From Conidiobolus incongruus B7586 (Eukaryota), in contig JNEM01010572.1 in the NCBI GenBank assembly GCA_000697335.1, positions 1 through 64,000 on the forward strand: DNA of 64,000 bases. The letters are read 5' to 3'. The notes beneath the pieces were generated by a model, which was not told where the DNA came from, did not search any database, and worked only from the letters and a program-made list of their open reading frames with translations. This document shows positions 27,615 to 40,603 of the stretch, piece after piece. The stretch's first letter is position 1. Every line of letters begins with the position of its first letter. The position numbers and the translations under genes were made by a program.

Positions 27615-28491
27615 CGTATTCTCTTGTAAAATTATTTTATTGTTGGTGCATATTATCAAATGTATTATAATAATGCACAATATTCATTTAAGAACAAACA
27701 TGATGTATCAAATTCAATAAATAATTATAACAAATATTTTTTAAAATTTTAAATAGTATATAATTTATATAGACATACAATAAAATATTAGACATATCAG
27801 CAAATTTGTTTTGAAGTGTTCATTTATTGGAATAAATTGTTTAGATCAATTAGTTGGGAATTAAATTTATTAAAGTCATTGTGAACTTTGACAAGTAATT
27901 TCAATTTGTATCAAAATTAATATTCATCAAAATTCTTATATTAAATATCTAATTAATTATTTAATAGATAAAATTCAATTTAGAATAATTTGTGTTTGAG
28001 TTGAAGGGTATATAGTAAATTAATAAATCGTTAATATTATATTTATTTAATATTAGTTATTTAATAAACATGAAATCATGTTATCGATCATATAGATAAT
28101 AACTTGGATTTAGTCCGATAATCTTTATTCATTACAATAATATTTAATCATATATCAAGTATTAGTCAATTTAATATCAAAAATTAGTAATCACATTATG
28201 ACAAAATTATATGATATCACAAGCCAATGAAATAAGACGCAGAATATTGATTATGTAATCTGGGATTTAATGAGTGGGAATATTCAATTTGATTATAAAG
28301 TGCATAAATAGGAAATGGCAGTACTCTAAATGCCTAATTAGTTTTTCCGCAGTCAGAAATTATGTATAAATATCGTCCTCATTCCCAACTTAATTGACTT
28401 TGTTCTTTCTCTTCCTCAATCTTAGGAATCTTTACACTTAAACTGCTTCACTTTTAATTGATTATCAATTATCTTTGTAGTTTTAAATACA

Positions 28492-29463
28492 ATGACTTCT
28501 ATTATTAATCAACAATCTCGTAAAAGAAATCCACTCAGTGTGATTTTGCAATGTAAATTTTGTGTTGATGAGATTCCTAATATTGTTGAAGAATACTCCT
28601 CAGGAGATTTGGTTTGCGGTAATTGCGGTCTCGTCTTAGGCGACCGTATTATCGATACCCGCTCCGAATGGCGTACCTTTGCTAACGATGAAGGCGACGA
28701 CCCTTCTCGAGTTGGTGCTGCCGAAGACCCTCTAATGTCTGGCTCTCAGCTTGACACTGCAATCTCTGTAAGGGATGGTGGTAGTGGCATTGCTAAGGAT
28801 CTCAACAAGATCCATAGTCGTTCCATTGCAGCATCTGGTGCAAAGAATCTTACCGAAGCGTTCAATGAAATTTCTGCTTTCTGTGGAAATTTACATTTAA
28901 ACAAGATGATTACTGATACCGTTAAGCAAATCTATAAACGTGCTGAAGAGGATAAGCTCTTACGTGGTAAACCACGTGTTTTGATTATTGCTGCTGCAAT
29001 TTTTATTGCATTGAGAATTCACCATGTATCTCGTACTTACAAAGAAATTTGTAATTTAACTGGTGTGTCTAAGAAAGACCTTGGTAAAGCTGTTAAAGCT
29101 TTATCTATAAATGCTGAAACCAATACTCAAATTGCCCATCCTCAACAGTCCATGGCACGTTATTGTTCTAACCTTGGACTACCTATGAGCGTTGAGCATG
29201 CAAGTACTTTAATATCTAAAAAAGCTAAAAATATCAACAGCTTGGCTGGTAAAAATCCCAATTCAATTGCAGCAGCAGCTATTTACTATGCCTCTCACCT
29301 TCTTGGTTGTGGTAGATCCCTTGAGGATATCTCCAAGGTTTGTGGTATCACCGAAAGTACTGCTAAAGCTGTCTATCGTGTTATGTACCGTGCTACCAAT
29401 GAGTTTAAGGATCCTCTCTTGTACCGTGATGGTGCCAACTATGAGAATCTTCCTTCTCCTTAA
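28492..29463 (+). CDS. SUA7: Transcription initiation factor TFIIB (array copy 3, more divergent), intronless CDS, 323 aa
   Basis: CxxC..CGNC zinc ribbon, B-reader DTRSEWRTFANDE.DDPSRVG, two cyclin folds. Confidence 0.97.
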   Translation: MTSIINQQSRKRNPLSVILQCKFCVDEIPNIVEEYSSGDLVCGNCGLVLGDRIIDTRSEWRTFANDEGDDPSRVGAAEDPLMSGSQLDTAISVRDGGSGIAKDLNKIHSRSIAASGAKNLTEAFNEISAFCGNLHLNKMITDTVKQIYKRAEEDKLLRGKPRVLIIAAAIFIALRIHHVSRTYKEICNLTGVSKKDLGKAVKALSINAETNTQIAHPQQSMARYCSNLGLPMSVEHASTLISKKAKNINSLAGKNPNSIAAAAIYYASHLLGCGRSLEDISKVCGITESTAKAVYRVMYRATNEFKDPLLYRDGANYENLPSP

Positions 29464-31811
29464 TTTCTACATACTTATTTTTATATTTGTATTATCTATT
29501 ATCCATTATATTTATTTATTATCTATACTTTGCTGACACAACCTTGTTGTTAAGTCAAATGTAAATTATTTATAATTTAAAAAAATGAAAATTAAAAACT
29601 GTATAAAAATTTTATTACAATATCAATGATATTGTATTTTCATTATATTTCTTTCATAATATATATAGTATAAAATAAATATCTAACCATTATCTTTTAT
29701 ATTTGCTTGAGTAATTACTTTAATATTTTAAATATTCATGTAAATAAATCAAATAATTGTTTCTATGATTGAATTCATATAATTAATTATATAACAAGTT
29801 ATTAAAATAATTAATTTTTATATACAATAATCAAAAGAAAGGATTCTTAAACTAGTCCAAAGTTAATGAAATTTGATCATCTTTGTTTAAGTTTTGTATG
29901 GAGTCTAGAGACTTAAAGAGAATAGGCACGAATACCAAGCTTGGAAGATTAGATTGACTATTAAATAGCAACAAAGTATTTTCTAGTAGTATAAATGCCT
30001 GATCTGTTTTTACATGCTATTGGGGACATTTGAAAAATTTGCTTGATAAAAATTGTATATATAAATATCCACAAGTACCTTATGCTTTGTTTATATAATA
30101 CTTGTTATAAATGGTTACCTTTTACAAATGATATTCTTCAATTTTATAAAGTTTTCACATCTATAATGAGACTTAGCATTGCTTTTTTACTTACATAAAT
30201 TTATTGGTTATTCTTAATATCTTTTGAATCCCAAACTCAGAAACATTACAATATAACACTATTTAATAATTGTCTTAAGTACCATATTTATAAGCTTTTA
30301 AATTTTAAAATAAATTGTTTAAATATTTCAGGTAAATCACAATTAATTTAAATGTGTTTTTATTTTATATCTTAATTTGATCTTTTCTTTTATATACTAA
30401 CTATATTATGATATATTTTTAAGAAATTACTTATCACTTTATTTAAATATTATAAAGAGTTTTTAGTACTTATTTTTATTACTATGATGATTTATATTCA
30501 AATATTTGGTCTTTAATACCGATGAATTTAAAAAATATTATTTATTTTGAAACATTAATTATAGATTTTGTAATTATAATTATTTATTAATATATTAAGT
30601 TGGAAAGGGTTTGATTTTAGTGTTTACATAAATTTTTTGATTATTTAATTAATATATATATTATTTTGAGTTTTATTCTTTTTTTATTTTTCCTAAATAT
30701 AATTTATAATATATTTGTTATAAAACAATTATATATTATAGTATTATATTATATTATTTAATCTTTATTAATTTTTTTCAAAATAAATGTAAAATACTTA
30801 AAATAATATATCTCTTATATACATGAAATAACCATATTTAAACTATTTCTTTGTCATATTTATTCTAAAAAGATTTTTCTCTACTATCACTGATAATTTT
30901 ATATTCAATAAATCTTTTTTGAAGTATTAAACTTATTATTTATAGTTATGTTTTTGATATTCTGAATAAATTTTATATAATATATTGTTTTTAGATTAAT
31001 ATAATATTTGACATTATAGATTAAACAAAATTTCATTTCATCTAAAATTTATATTTTATTTTTTCTAGTTTTATGTGAATTAAATTGCTTAACAAGATTT
31101 CAATTTATTTTTATATTATAGAAATGAAAACATAGTCAGATTATATATAATTAACTAAAAATGGCATTAATATATTTAATATTGTATTATTTGAAACTAA
31201 ACACAATTGTAAAATAATGTCCAAGTATTTATGTTACAAGTGATAGATTATCTAACCTCTGATTAAATATTGATACACATGCTCAGAATCAGTGGAAATT
31301 CTAGGAACAGTGGGAAAAATAATAGAATAATCAATATTAATCAGTTTATATAAATAGTTATTGCGATTTTATTATCATATATTTGATAATATTGAAATCA
31401 TAATTTAAGAATATATATCTTAAATTCTAGTCGAAATTTAGTGGTATAAAATATGAACTAGGTTTTAGCTCAGAAGAATAAATTAAACACTATCACAAAT
31501 TACAAGGTTAAATATAAATTCTATTGTTTTCTAGAGTGAATCAGAAATTATGGGAATTGTCTTGATTAAATTTATTAATCAAATTTTATTAGTTTAAAAT
31601 TGAAACAAGATAAAATTGATTGGTTTAAATGAAAATTGTTAAATTTGTGATTAGCTAATTTGGAAACTTGGTTGATAACCAATTTACTATAAATCAAGTG
31701 TTTTTCCTACCTTATGAATCTTGTTCTTTCTTTCAGCAATTCTAGGAATCTTGCAATCCACATCACTTCACTGTTAATTGTTTATCAATTATCTCTGTAG
31801 TTTTAAACATT

Positions 31812-32783
31812 ATGACTTCTGTTAAACAACACGCCCCTAAGAAAAATAACGGCCTTTGTGTCAAATTACAATGTAAATTTTGTGTAGACGAGATTCCTAA
31901 TATTGTGGAAGAATTTGCCTCAGGAGATTTGGTTTGTGGTAATTGCGGCCTCGTCTTAGGCGACCGTATTATCGATACCCGCTCCGAATGGCGTACCTTT
32001 GCTAACGATGAGGGTGACGACCCTTCTCGAGTTGGTGCTGCCGCAAACCCTCTCTTGTCTGGCTCTCAGCTTGACACTGCGATTTCCACAATGGATGGTG
32101 GTAGTGGTACTGCAAAGGATCTCAACAAGATCCACAATAGATCCATTGCAGTAAAGGGTGAAAAGAATCTTATCCAAGCTTTCAAAGAAATCTCCGCTCT
32201 CTGTGACAATTTGCAATTAAACAAAGTCATTAGTGATATTGCCAAACAACATTACAAGCGCGCCGAAGAGGAGAAACTCTTACGCGGTAAACCAAGTAAT
32301 GTTATTATCGCTGCCGCGATCTTCATCGCGTTGAGAACTGAAAAAGTACCTCGTACTTTTAAAGAAATTTGCGCCTTGACCAAAGTTTCTAAAAAAGAAA
32401 TTGGCAAAGCTTACATCGCCTTATCTAAAGGAATCGATACAAATGTCCAATCTGCTAACCCTCAACAATTGATGGCGCGTTACTGCTCCAACCTTGGACT
32501 GCCTATGGTTGTTGAAAACGCCAGTATTTTATTATCTAAAAAAGTTAAAAACATCCCAAGCTTAGCGGGTAAAAGTCCTATTTCGATTGCTGCTGCTTGT
32601 ATTTATTATGCTTCTCACCTTCTTGGTCATGGTAGATCCTTTAAGGATATCTGTGATATGTGTGGTATCTCTGAAGGTACTGCTAGAGGTGCCTATCGTA
32701 CTATGTACCGTGCTGCAGATGAGTTAAAAGATCCTCTCTTGTACCGTGATGGTGCCGACTGGGGTAATCTTCCCTCTCCTTAA
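31812..32783 (+). CDS. SUA7: Transcription initiation factor TFIIB (array copy 4, closer to consensus), intronless CDS, 323 aa
   Basis: Same domains; canonical VPRTFKEI, VSKKEIGK, LAGKSPISIAAACIY, ISEGT motifs. Confidence 0.98.
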   Translation: MTSVKQHAPKKNNGLCVKLQCKFCVDEIPNIVEEFASGDLVCGNCGLVLGDRIIDTRSEWRTFANDEGDDPSRVGAAANPLLSGSQLDTAISTMDGGSGTAKDLNKIHNRSIAVKGEKNLIQAFKEISALCDNLQLNKVISDIAKQHYKRAEEEKLLRGKPSNVIIAAAIFIALRTEKVPRTFKEICALTKVSKKEIGKAYIALSKGIDTNVQSANPQQLMARYCSNLGLPMVVENASILLSKKVKNIPSLAGKSPISIAAACIYYASHLLGHGRSFKDICDMCGISEGTARGAYRTMYRAADELKDPLLYRDGADWGNLPSP

Positions 32784-33823
32784 TTATTACTTTATTTCTT
32801 TATATATTAATATTACATTTTTTTCCTTATTATTATTTTTCTTGTCTTCTGTAAAACATATATAATCTTTAACTATATACTAAACTAAAACATTTAATAA
32901 CTAACAATAAATAATTTCAAAAAGGTCAGATTTTATTCACATAATCATGTTTGATGAACCTCACTTTGTGCTAATATATTTGATCTTAACAAGATTGTAT
33001 AAACTTGTACTATTGAAGTGATATTTGTGACTTTAATCTTTTTTTCTTGAGCAAATAAACTTCTTACATTTGCCTAGCAACATTAAATACTGCTCACGCT
33101 CTACAATAACTTAATATCCGCATAAAACAGGGTCAATCAAACGCGTTTTTTATTCATATCAATCCTTTTTAAAATCCCTAAGTATATTTTAGACTTAGAA
33201 TTTTATAACTCTATTAAATATTATAATGAAGAATAACTCTGTAAATTTACAAACCAGTATTATTGAAAATTTAATATCCATTAATCATATAATACTATAC
33301 TAATACATTGTCGATGAATTTTTTAATATATTAATTTATTAACATCAATTTTTAATTTATTTTAAATAATTGGAAGAATTTTTTATAAAATTTAATAATG
33401 TTTATTGAAAAATGATTGTAATATTATTAGATTTAAATATATTATTTAATAAATGAAAAAAAAATTATATTTCAAAAATTTTTCTATTATAATATTATTA
33501 AATTAATTAGTTTTACTTGTATTAAATTTATATCCAAGCGAATTCACGTAAACACAATATTGATATATTGCCTTATCATTCTATATAGCATGCTAGTGTA
33601 ATAAATCTCAAACGTTGATATTTTAGTACCTAGATATTATACTTTTTTATTGGCTGATAGATAAACATTAAATATTAAGAAAATATTAACCATTTGATTG
33701 TTTTTCGGTAATTTTAAGTTACTACTAGTCATTTGTATTGAAGCTTGATATACAATTAAATAATATATATTATGATTACAAGAAAAAACTTGATTAAAAC
33801 AAATTAATACACTGCTGTAAAAG

Positions 33824-34040
33824 ATATTGTGAGATCCCAAAGTGCTATCCTTGACACCATTTTTAACCTTGGGTTTCCATTCTATAAGGAGGCTTTACCT
33901 TAATTGACCATTATTTGCGACATAAGTTGTAATATTGACCAGTCTTAATGACTAAAATACTTACCTACTATTAGGCAACAACAATGGCCATTCCCGCTCA
34001 CTTTACACCATCCATAATACCCATAGAGAAACTACCATAT
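33824..34040 (-). ncRNA. Copy A of a 182-bp identical non-coding element; candidate structured RNA of unknown family
   Basis: 33854-34035 is the exact reverse complement of 55242-55423. The repeat is certain; the ncRNA call rests on by-eye folding and the absence of an ORF. Confidence 0.45.
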
Positions 34041-34799
34041 CCTGGTGATTATATATATTTGATTCAATTGAAATTACAGAGGATTTAAAGTTTGTTCGGA
34101 AATTTTCAAAATTGATTATTATAGTTTCATTTAATTCTAATTAATAAACTTAAGTTGATTATAGTTTTAAAAATGATATACTATTACATCATTTTTGTAG
34201 TTAATATATTTTAATATTCAAATGCGCAAAAGAATTTTATTGTGAAAATGATCTCATTAAAAATCTGTTTTTTAAATACTTATCACATTTTACCTAATTT
34301 ACAACATTTTCGTTGATATATTAATCTGTTAGTTCAATGAATTACCAAATTAATTTATATTCAAACAGATGTATTTAAATATTTATATATTTATATCAAC
34401 TAATTATAGTGTAATAGATTGAATTAGATATTAAAATTGTATTTTAAAAGACTACATTATAGCTTGATTGAATACTTAATTTCAAAGTCAAATGGCACTT
34501 ATATTAATATTTTGTGAATATATTTCTAGTAAATATCAAATTTTTCATTTATTGAACTTAACATATTGATACAAATAGTGATATCATCTTATAGTAACTT
34601 TCAAACACGGCATTCATTAAAAGAAACATAATGCATATTATGAAAGAATTTTATTTCAATATTAATAAATAATGAAAATTTTTAATGAAAAAATATAATG
34701 ACTTAGATTAAAAAATGGATGAGGATATATCATTACAAGTAATTCTAATAGTCTTTTGATGTACAAGTTCACTTTTTATCAATTAAAATAAATCATTAT

Positions 34800-36328
34800 A
34801 ATTTGCCAGATAAACCACAGCAATAATATTATTTAAAAATTTGGAACTTCACAACGGCAAGGAATATCAGTATAAAACTTTTTGTCTTGTGATTTACCTC
34901 CAGTATAACTGTAGCAAAACTCTTCAAATGGATTGATATCGCGTTTAGCAAAAGAGTACAATATTATGAATACTTTGGTGTTTCGTAAAGACTAACGGGA
35001 TGAATAGATTTGGGTCAAAGGAATGGTTGATGAAGCGACTGAAATTTCCATAGCTGGTAGCATAAAATGTATGAATAGGATCAGAATCATTTCAAGTATC
35101 GCCATCCAAGTCAAATAGATAGGAAACTCCTTGAGCTTCATAGGATTTACCAAATTGATTAGTATGATTAAATGACGTCACCAAACCTGTGTATATTGAA
35201 ATAAATGCTCCTTTAGGAGTGTCTTCCAAGGTGCAGACTGCCCAACCCTTGTTAGTTGTTTTATATATTCGAAATTTATATTTTCTTTTTGGGTGATATG
35301 ATTGCTAAAAAAAGGAATAGTTTTAGCATATGTGCATTTAGAGTTTCATTCGTAAATTTGATTCCAGATCCCACCAGTACTAGACCCCTATCGCTGTATG
35401 CAATGATATTAGTGTATTCAACACAATCACATATGAATTTTTGATTGAAAGGAGAACACATCGTCCAGGTACATCCGGCAATGAATATAGTTACGTCAGT
35501 TACAGCCTTTTGTCTAATATCTTCATGTAAAAGAAAATTATTGATATAGATAAAATTTGGAGGGTCTGAATCGTGAACAATATTTATAATTAAAATAGGA
35601 TAACCAGTACCATGATTAATTAGATTCATAAAAATCGATGTGTTCGGTTCAAGAGTTGCAATTAATCCCTTTAGGGATCTCATTGTAAATGCTGCATTCA
35701 TTCTTCTACCATATATAATAGACAATAAAAAGCAATCCAAAATATATTTAAACTTTTCTAAATTGGATGTAGGTACTCAAAAGCTCTTATCTTTATGCTC
35801 ATTCTTCCATTTGATTAAACAAGACTCTTATCATCCAAACTTTTCACTGTCATAATTCTTTCAAGCTAAAATGAAAATTATTATGAATTTTATATTGGTT
35901 CTAATTAGCAAAATCACAATGAATCTAGCTTCATTTGGACAATACGAGTTTGGTTATTGGATGTTTTAACTAAAAAATTCTACCAGATTCTTCACGGAAA
36001 GTTGGTCGACATTTTAGTATAAATGTTATTATATTATTATAATGACCATTTTTAAACTTTGAATATTTTTAGAATCTCTAATATACCAAAAAGATAGTTT
36101 AGTAATCTCTTTTTTCAAAGAGCTGGTATTATCACCTTTAGACAGTTTAGATAGTTTAAAATTTTCCTAGCAAATATATAAATTGCTTAAAAAATAATTA
36201 CAATTTTCAGATGTATAGGGTGTATTTCTCTATAAACAGCTAGAGTTTCCAACTACAAGATTATTTTCAATATCAATTGAATTTTTATGGTTATTGATAT
36301 CGAAACTAGATTCGGATATTGCTGTCAT
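34800..36328 (-). pseudogene. clr4: Clr4/SUV39H-type H3K9 methyltransferase pseudogene (chromodomain, pre-SET, SET, post-SET), no introns seen
   Basis: Minus strand: LIKWKNEHKDKSF*VPTSNL (chromodomain, ~35760-35820), DSDPPNFIYIN, CDC..AY..GL, IYE*NSKC, KFRIYKTTNKGWAVCTLEDTPKGAFI, SYLFDLD, YGNFSRFINHSFDPNL, FAKRDINPFEEFCYSY, IPCRC. Multiple stops and frameshifts. Confidence 0.92.
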
Positions 36329-37382
36329 TTATAATATTTTAATAGTTATTGGTTAAGTTGGATAATAATAAATTTTAATATTGAATGGTATGCTTTTATA
36401 TGAGTAATTGAGTTAGAGATTTTTCAACATTTGGTTATTTTCTGATAATCGTAACTAATGAAATTTGTTTATCAATGGAAGTTGAGTGTAAATGAGTTCA
36501 AAAATTTTATATTTTAATTTTTTATTCCTAAAATTTATTTCAAAGTATTTTAAAATATTAAATATACCAGAATATATTATTTAAAAGTATATTCAAAAGA
36601 AAAAAATCTATGAAAATCATTATTTAAGTTAACAAATATAGATTATGTATGTCATTTAAATACTATAAATCCCTACATACAAATATATCTATTCAACATC
36701 GCTCAAGCTAAATCATTGAGCTTAATCTTTTATTCTGCGAATTTTACCTAATATTAATATAATGATTGTATTCTATATATAAATAATTTATTGACAATTA
36801 TTCAAATATTTATAAAAAAATTCATTTATTAGTAAATTTTAAAATAATTCTTCTAAATCAAACTAATAACTATAAAATATTAAATTGATTTAAAAATTGA
36901 GTAGTTAATAAGAATATATGATTATTCAATTATTGGTTATTTTATTAGACAATTGATTTGAAAACTTGTGAAATGTACAATAAAATTTTTAAGGATATTT
37001 TGTCAGGCTAATCCAAATACTTGGCAAAATATTAACAAAAATTGAAAGTATATACTTGGAATTTTATATTAAATAATGAATTCAATTTTATTAATACTTG
37101 GCAATATTCAAGATAATTTATCAATTAAGCTTACTTTCATATAATCAAATTTCAAATTTTAAATCAAAATGTGGAGAAATTCTACTTTTATAACGTATTA
37201 AACCAGTCATTCCAATTTGATTAATGCATCAAACAAAAATCCCATATTCACCCCAATTCTTCAACATTTATATTTTTATCACTCTTCACACTTTTGTTTA
37301 TTACTCATAGAAAAGTCATATTCATTGAATTCATTGAGTGAAAAAGAAATTAGTTTAATAATAATATTAATTGGAATTAACT

Positions 37383-38561
37383 ATGAAGTTTAACCTTATA
37401 AATAATATATTTTTAAGTTCTCTATTTTACCATTCTATAACTGCTTTCGATTGCAAAAACTTAGAAGTTAAGGGTTTTAAATTTAATTTAGAAAAGTTTG
37501 AAAAGTAAATATTTTATTAAAAATTTAATATTATTTCATATTTACTCAATATTTTTAGTGGATTTTTGAAAAAGACTAATTATACTTATGTTCCTTCAAC
37601 TGACGAAGTCACTATTAGACTAAATCCATGTAAACCATTGGAAAAGTTAGAGGGTGTTCCCATTGAGGACCAGTGCTCCGATAAAGCTTATGGCTGTAAG
37701 ATTACCACCAACTATAAAGATGGTGAAAAGCCAAGAGTGACTAGAGTTAAGGAAATGGCAAAATTGGCAGATGATATGAATCCATGGGATGTAAATGATA
37801 ATGATGGTAAAATTGAATGTAAAAAATATGGCTAACGCGTTAGAATTATTCTAAATTGGAAACTATAGCACTCACTTGGACCATGGACAACCAAGAAACT
37901 GGAGACAAGAATTTTCAAGTTAAAATATTTTTCTTTTGTGACGAAAAAAAAGTAAGCAATTCAAAGTTCATCCATACAAAATAATATTCAAATAATCAAT
38001 TAAAATTTAGGATGATGTGAATGACTTCCAATTTACTAAAAATAGCGATACGGAACTAGAGGTCATTTCACATACTAAATACATCTGTGGCACGTAAGTT
38101 GTCTATTTATTAGCTATTTAAAACTATACTCATTTTGTTATAATTTTAGTCAAAAGGAAGATCCTAAAAAGCCTCCTTCAGAGCCTGAAAAACCTCCCAA
38201 AGAAGATCAACCTGATAATAACAAATCCTCTGGTAGTAGCTTTTCCACTTTCTTAATAATGTAAATTGACCAAATCGATTATATTTAAACATTTTCTTAT
38301 AATTTTTTTTTGAAACAGATTATTTGTACTCCTCGGATTCTACTTTATTGGAGGTTGTGTCTACAACTATCATTTCTACGACGCTCGTGGATTAAATTTG
38401 GTTCCTCATTTATCTTTCTGGAGAGAAGTTCCCGAAATGACTATGGTAATAATTTGCGTATTTCACCTTATACATTGAATTAATTCTATTTTTAGCAATT
38501 AATCCGTCGTGGTGTGCTACTCATCTCCGGTAGAAGACGTGGTAGATATAGTCGAGTGTAA
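37383..38561 (+). CDS. ATG27: ATG27 / mannose-6-phosphate receptor-like type I membrane protein, multi-exon
   Basis: Signal peptide, FDC, LNPC, Cys-spaced MRH domain, TM segment followed by YFIGGCVYNY..ARGLNLVPHLSFWREVP, C-terminal YSRV sorting motif. Confidence 0.88.
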
Positions 38562-38786
38562 TATTTTTAATTATTTTTTTGTAATTTCTATTATTAAAAT
38601 GAGTGATTACATTTCAATCATACCAATTTTAAATATAATAGCATTTAATTCCTTTAAATACATTATTGGCGGCAATTAAGATTGTAAGATTCATTTTATG
38701 ATTTAATAATAGAATTCAATGAATATTGATTTTAAAAAATAATTTATTAATTTAATTAATTACAGCACTATTAAATAAGCAGATAA

Positions 38787-40096
38787 TCAAATTTCTTCTA
38801 CATTGATACTGTTTTCCATCACATAATCAAATATTTTGGACTTAAGTTTTAAGATTTCGGGGTGAATTTCATTGAATGTAATAGCTTGTCTAAATTAAAA
38901 TATTTTCAGTCAAGTAAATATTTAAATAAAATATTATAATTACTGGTCGCTGTGGTTATTGAAATAAAGAGTATGAATAGGTAGAACTAATCTTGAGGTA
39001 CCTAAAATTTTAAAAATCAATACAACCATTTAAATTGAAGCAATATAATTACTTGTAATAAAGGCACCTCTCCATTTGCTAATATCATTTAAATTTGGAT
39101 GCCTATAAACCCAGGTCAATTGCTTATCATCATTCACCATTTTTTCGACCAATCGCATCACTGTACCAATTAATACATCCTCTCTAGGAGAAGTCCAGAT
39201 TTCCAATTGTCCCAAATCATTTTCAACCAATACGAAAAAATTGGAACTTAGACCCTCATAGAGTTTACCAGTTTCGGGTTGTAATAAAATGACTTCATTG
39301 CAGCTGGGACGTTTACTATCTTCCATTGCTTTTCGATCACTAAAAATTTCAAATGAGTATCATCTCTTGAATTAAATAAATTTATAATATATTACAAAAC
39401 CCATTGAGAATCTTTAGTATTGGGATTAGTTCTAGTACCGACTTGAACTTCAGCCTACAATTAAATGGTATATTAAATATATCTAATAAAATCACAATAT
39501 TAATTACTTCACAAGCGTTCACCTTAGGAATCAACAAATTATCGCAATGAAAAGCGAACAGTGGTGAATTTTTCATTGTATCGACTGTCAAATAATAATT
39601 CAGTTTCAACCTTTGTTCAATATCCTCCTGAATGAAACTCTTGTAAAGAAATAAACCCAATCTGCTCAATTCTATCATACTGAACTTTAGAGTTTCCAAC
39701 TCTTTGAACTGGCCGAAATCGATACGTGGATCGAATTCCATACTGTTCGCACCTTGGTACATCCTGTCAATGTGATTCATTAGGTCAAACACCCGATTAG
39801 GGCTCACTGTACGTGCTGAAGTATAGACACCTCTGGGGAAATGAGTTAAAAATTTTGAAGTTGGAAAGTCAGATAATTGAATATCTAAATCTTCAAATTT
39901 TAAATTTATACAAGTACTTTGTGGTGATTTGGATATTAATTGAGTTATTTGAGTTTTGAGAGTATCTAACTTTAATTTGGTTTTTATAAGGTTGTTAGTT
40001 TGAATTAATACTATATAAAATATTTAATATTATTTATATGATTATTAGTATTCTTTATATACCTGTAAAATTATTTGGTAATTTTGGCATTGTCAT
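38787..40096 (-). CDS. Class IV (fold-type IV PLP) aminotransferase / ADC-lyase-like protein, multi-exon
   Basis: FPRGVYTSARTV, HIDRM, NEVILL..LYEGLSSNFF, VLIGTV, WRGAFITSTSRLVLPI across introns. Start codon approximate. Confidence 0.8.
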
Positions 40097-40603
40097 AATC
40101 AAATTCAAATAAAAAGTATAGCATTATACTGAATGTGTGATCTGGTTAAATCCATATATTGATTAAATTTCTCAATTAATTTTTTAATTTACCAGAAATT
40201 GTCTTATTGGGCTAGAAGAAAGGGTGTTCCAATTATGAAATTTGTTTCAGTGAATTAGAAAATTGATTTCGTAATTTAATTACTAAATAGTGATAAAATT
40301 GATAGGTATTTTGAATATTTCAACAATAATGTTTAAAAAAATATTATTATTATTAAAAGAATTAAATATTATGGTGTTAATGAATACACTCAATACATAA
40401 ATTATCTTATTAAATTCAAATAATTTTTGATAATAGCTATATTTACCATATTTTCAATATAAAATTTATTAAATGTTTTATTAGTAATAAAATTTGAATT
40501 AAGAGTGAAATAATAACTAATCATAATAGTGTCATAAGGTGTATTAAGTAGTTAAGTCATCATATTGATATTAGTTTTAACAATTTTTGAATGATTTTAT
40601 TTT

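Noticed and set aside
33957..34035. ATACTTACCT, identical to the U1 snRNA 5' end
   Set aside because: Lies mid-element, is not followed by U1 stem-loop I/II motifs or an Sm site; better read as a splice donor on the opposite strand.
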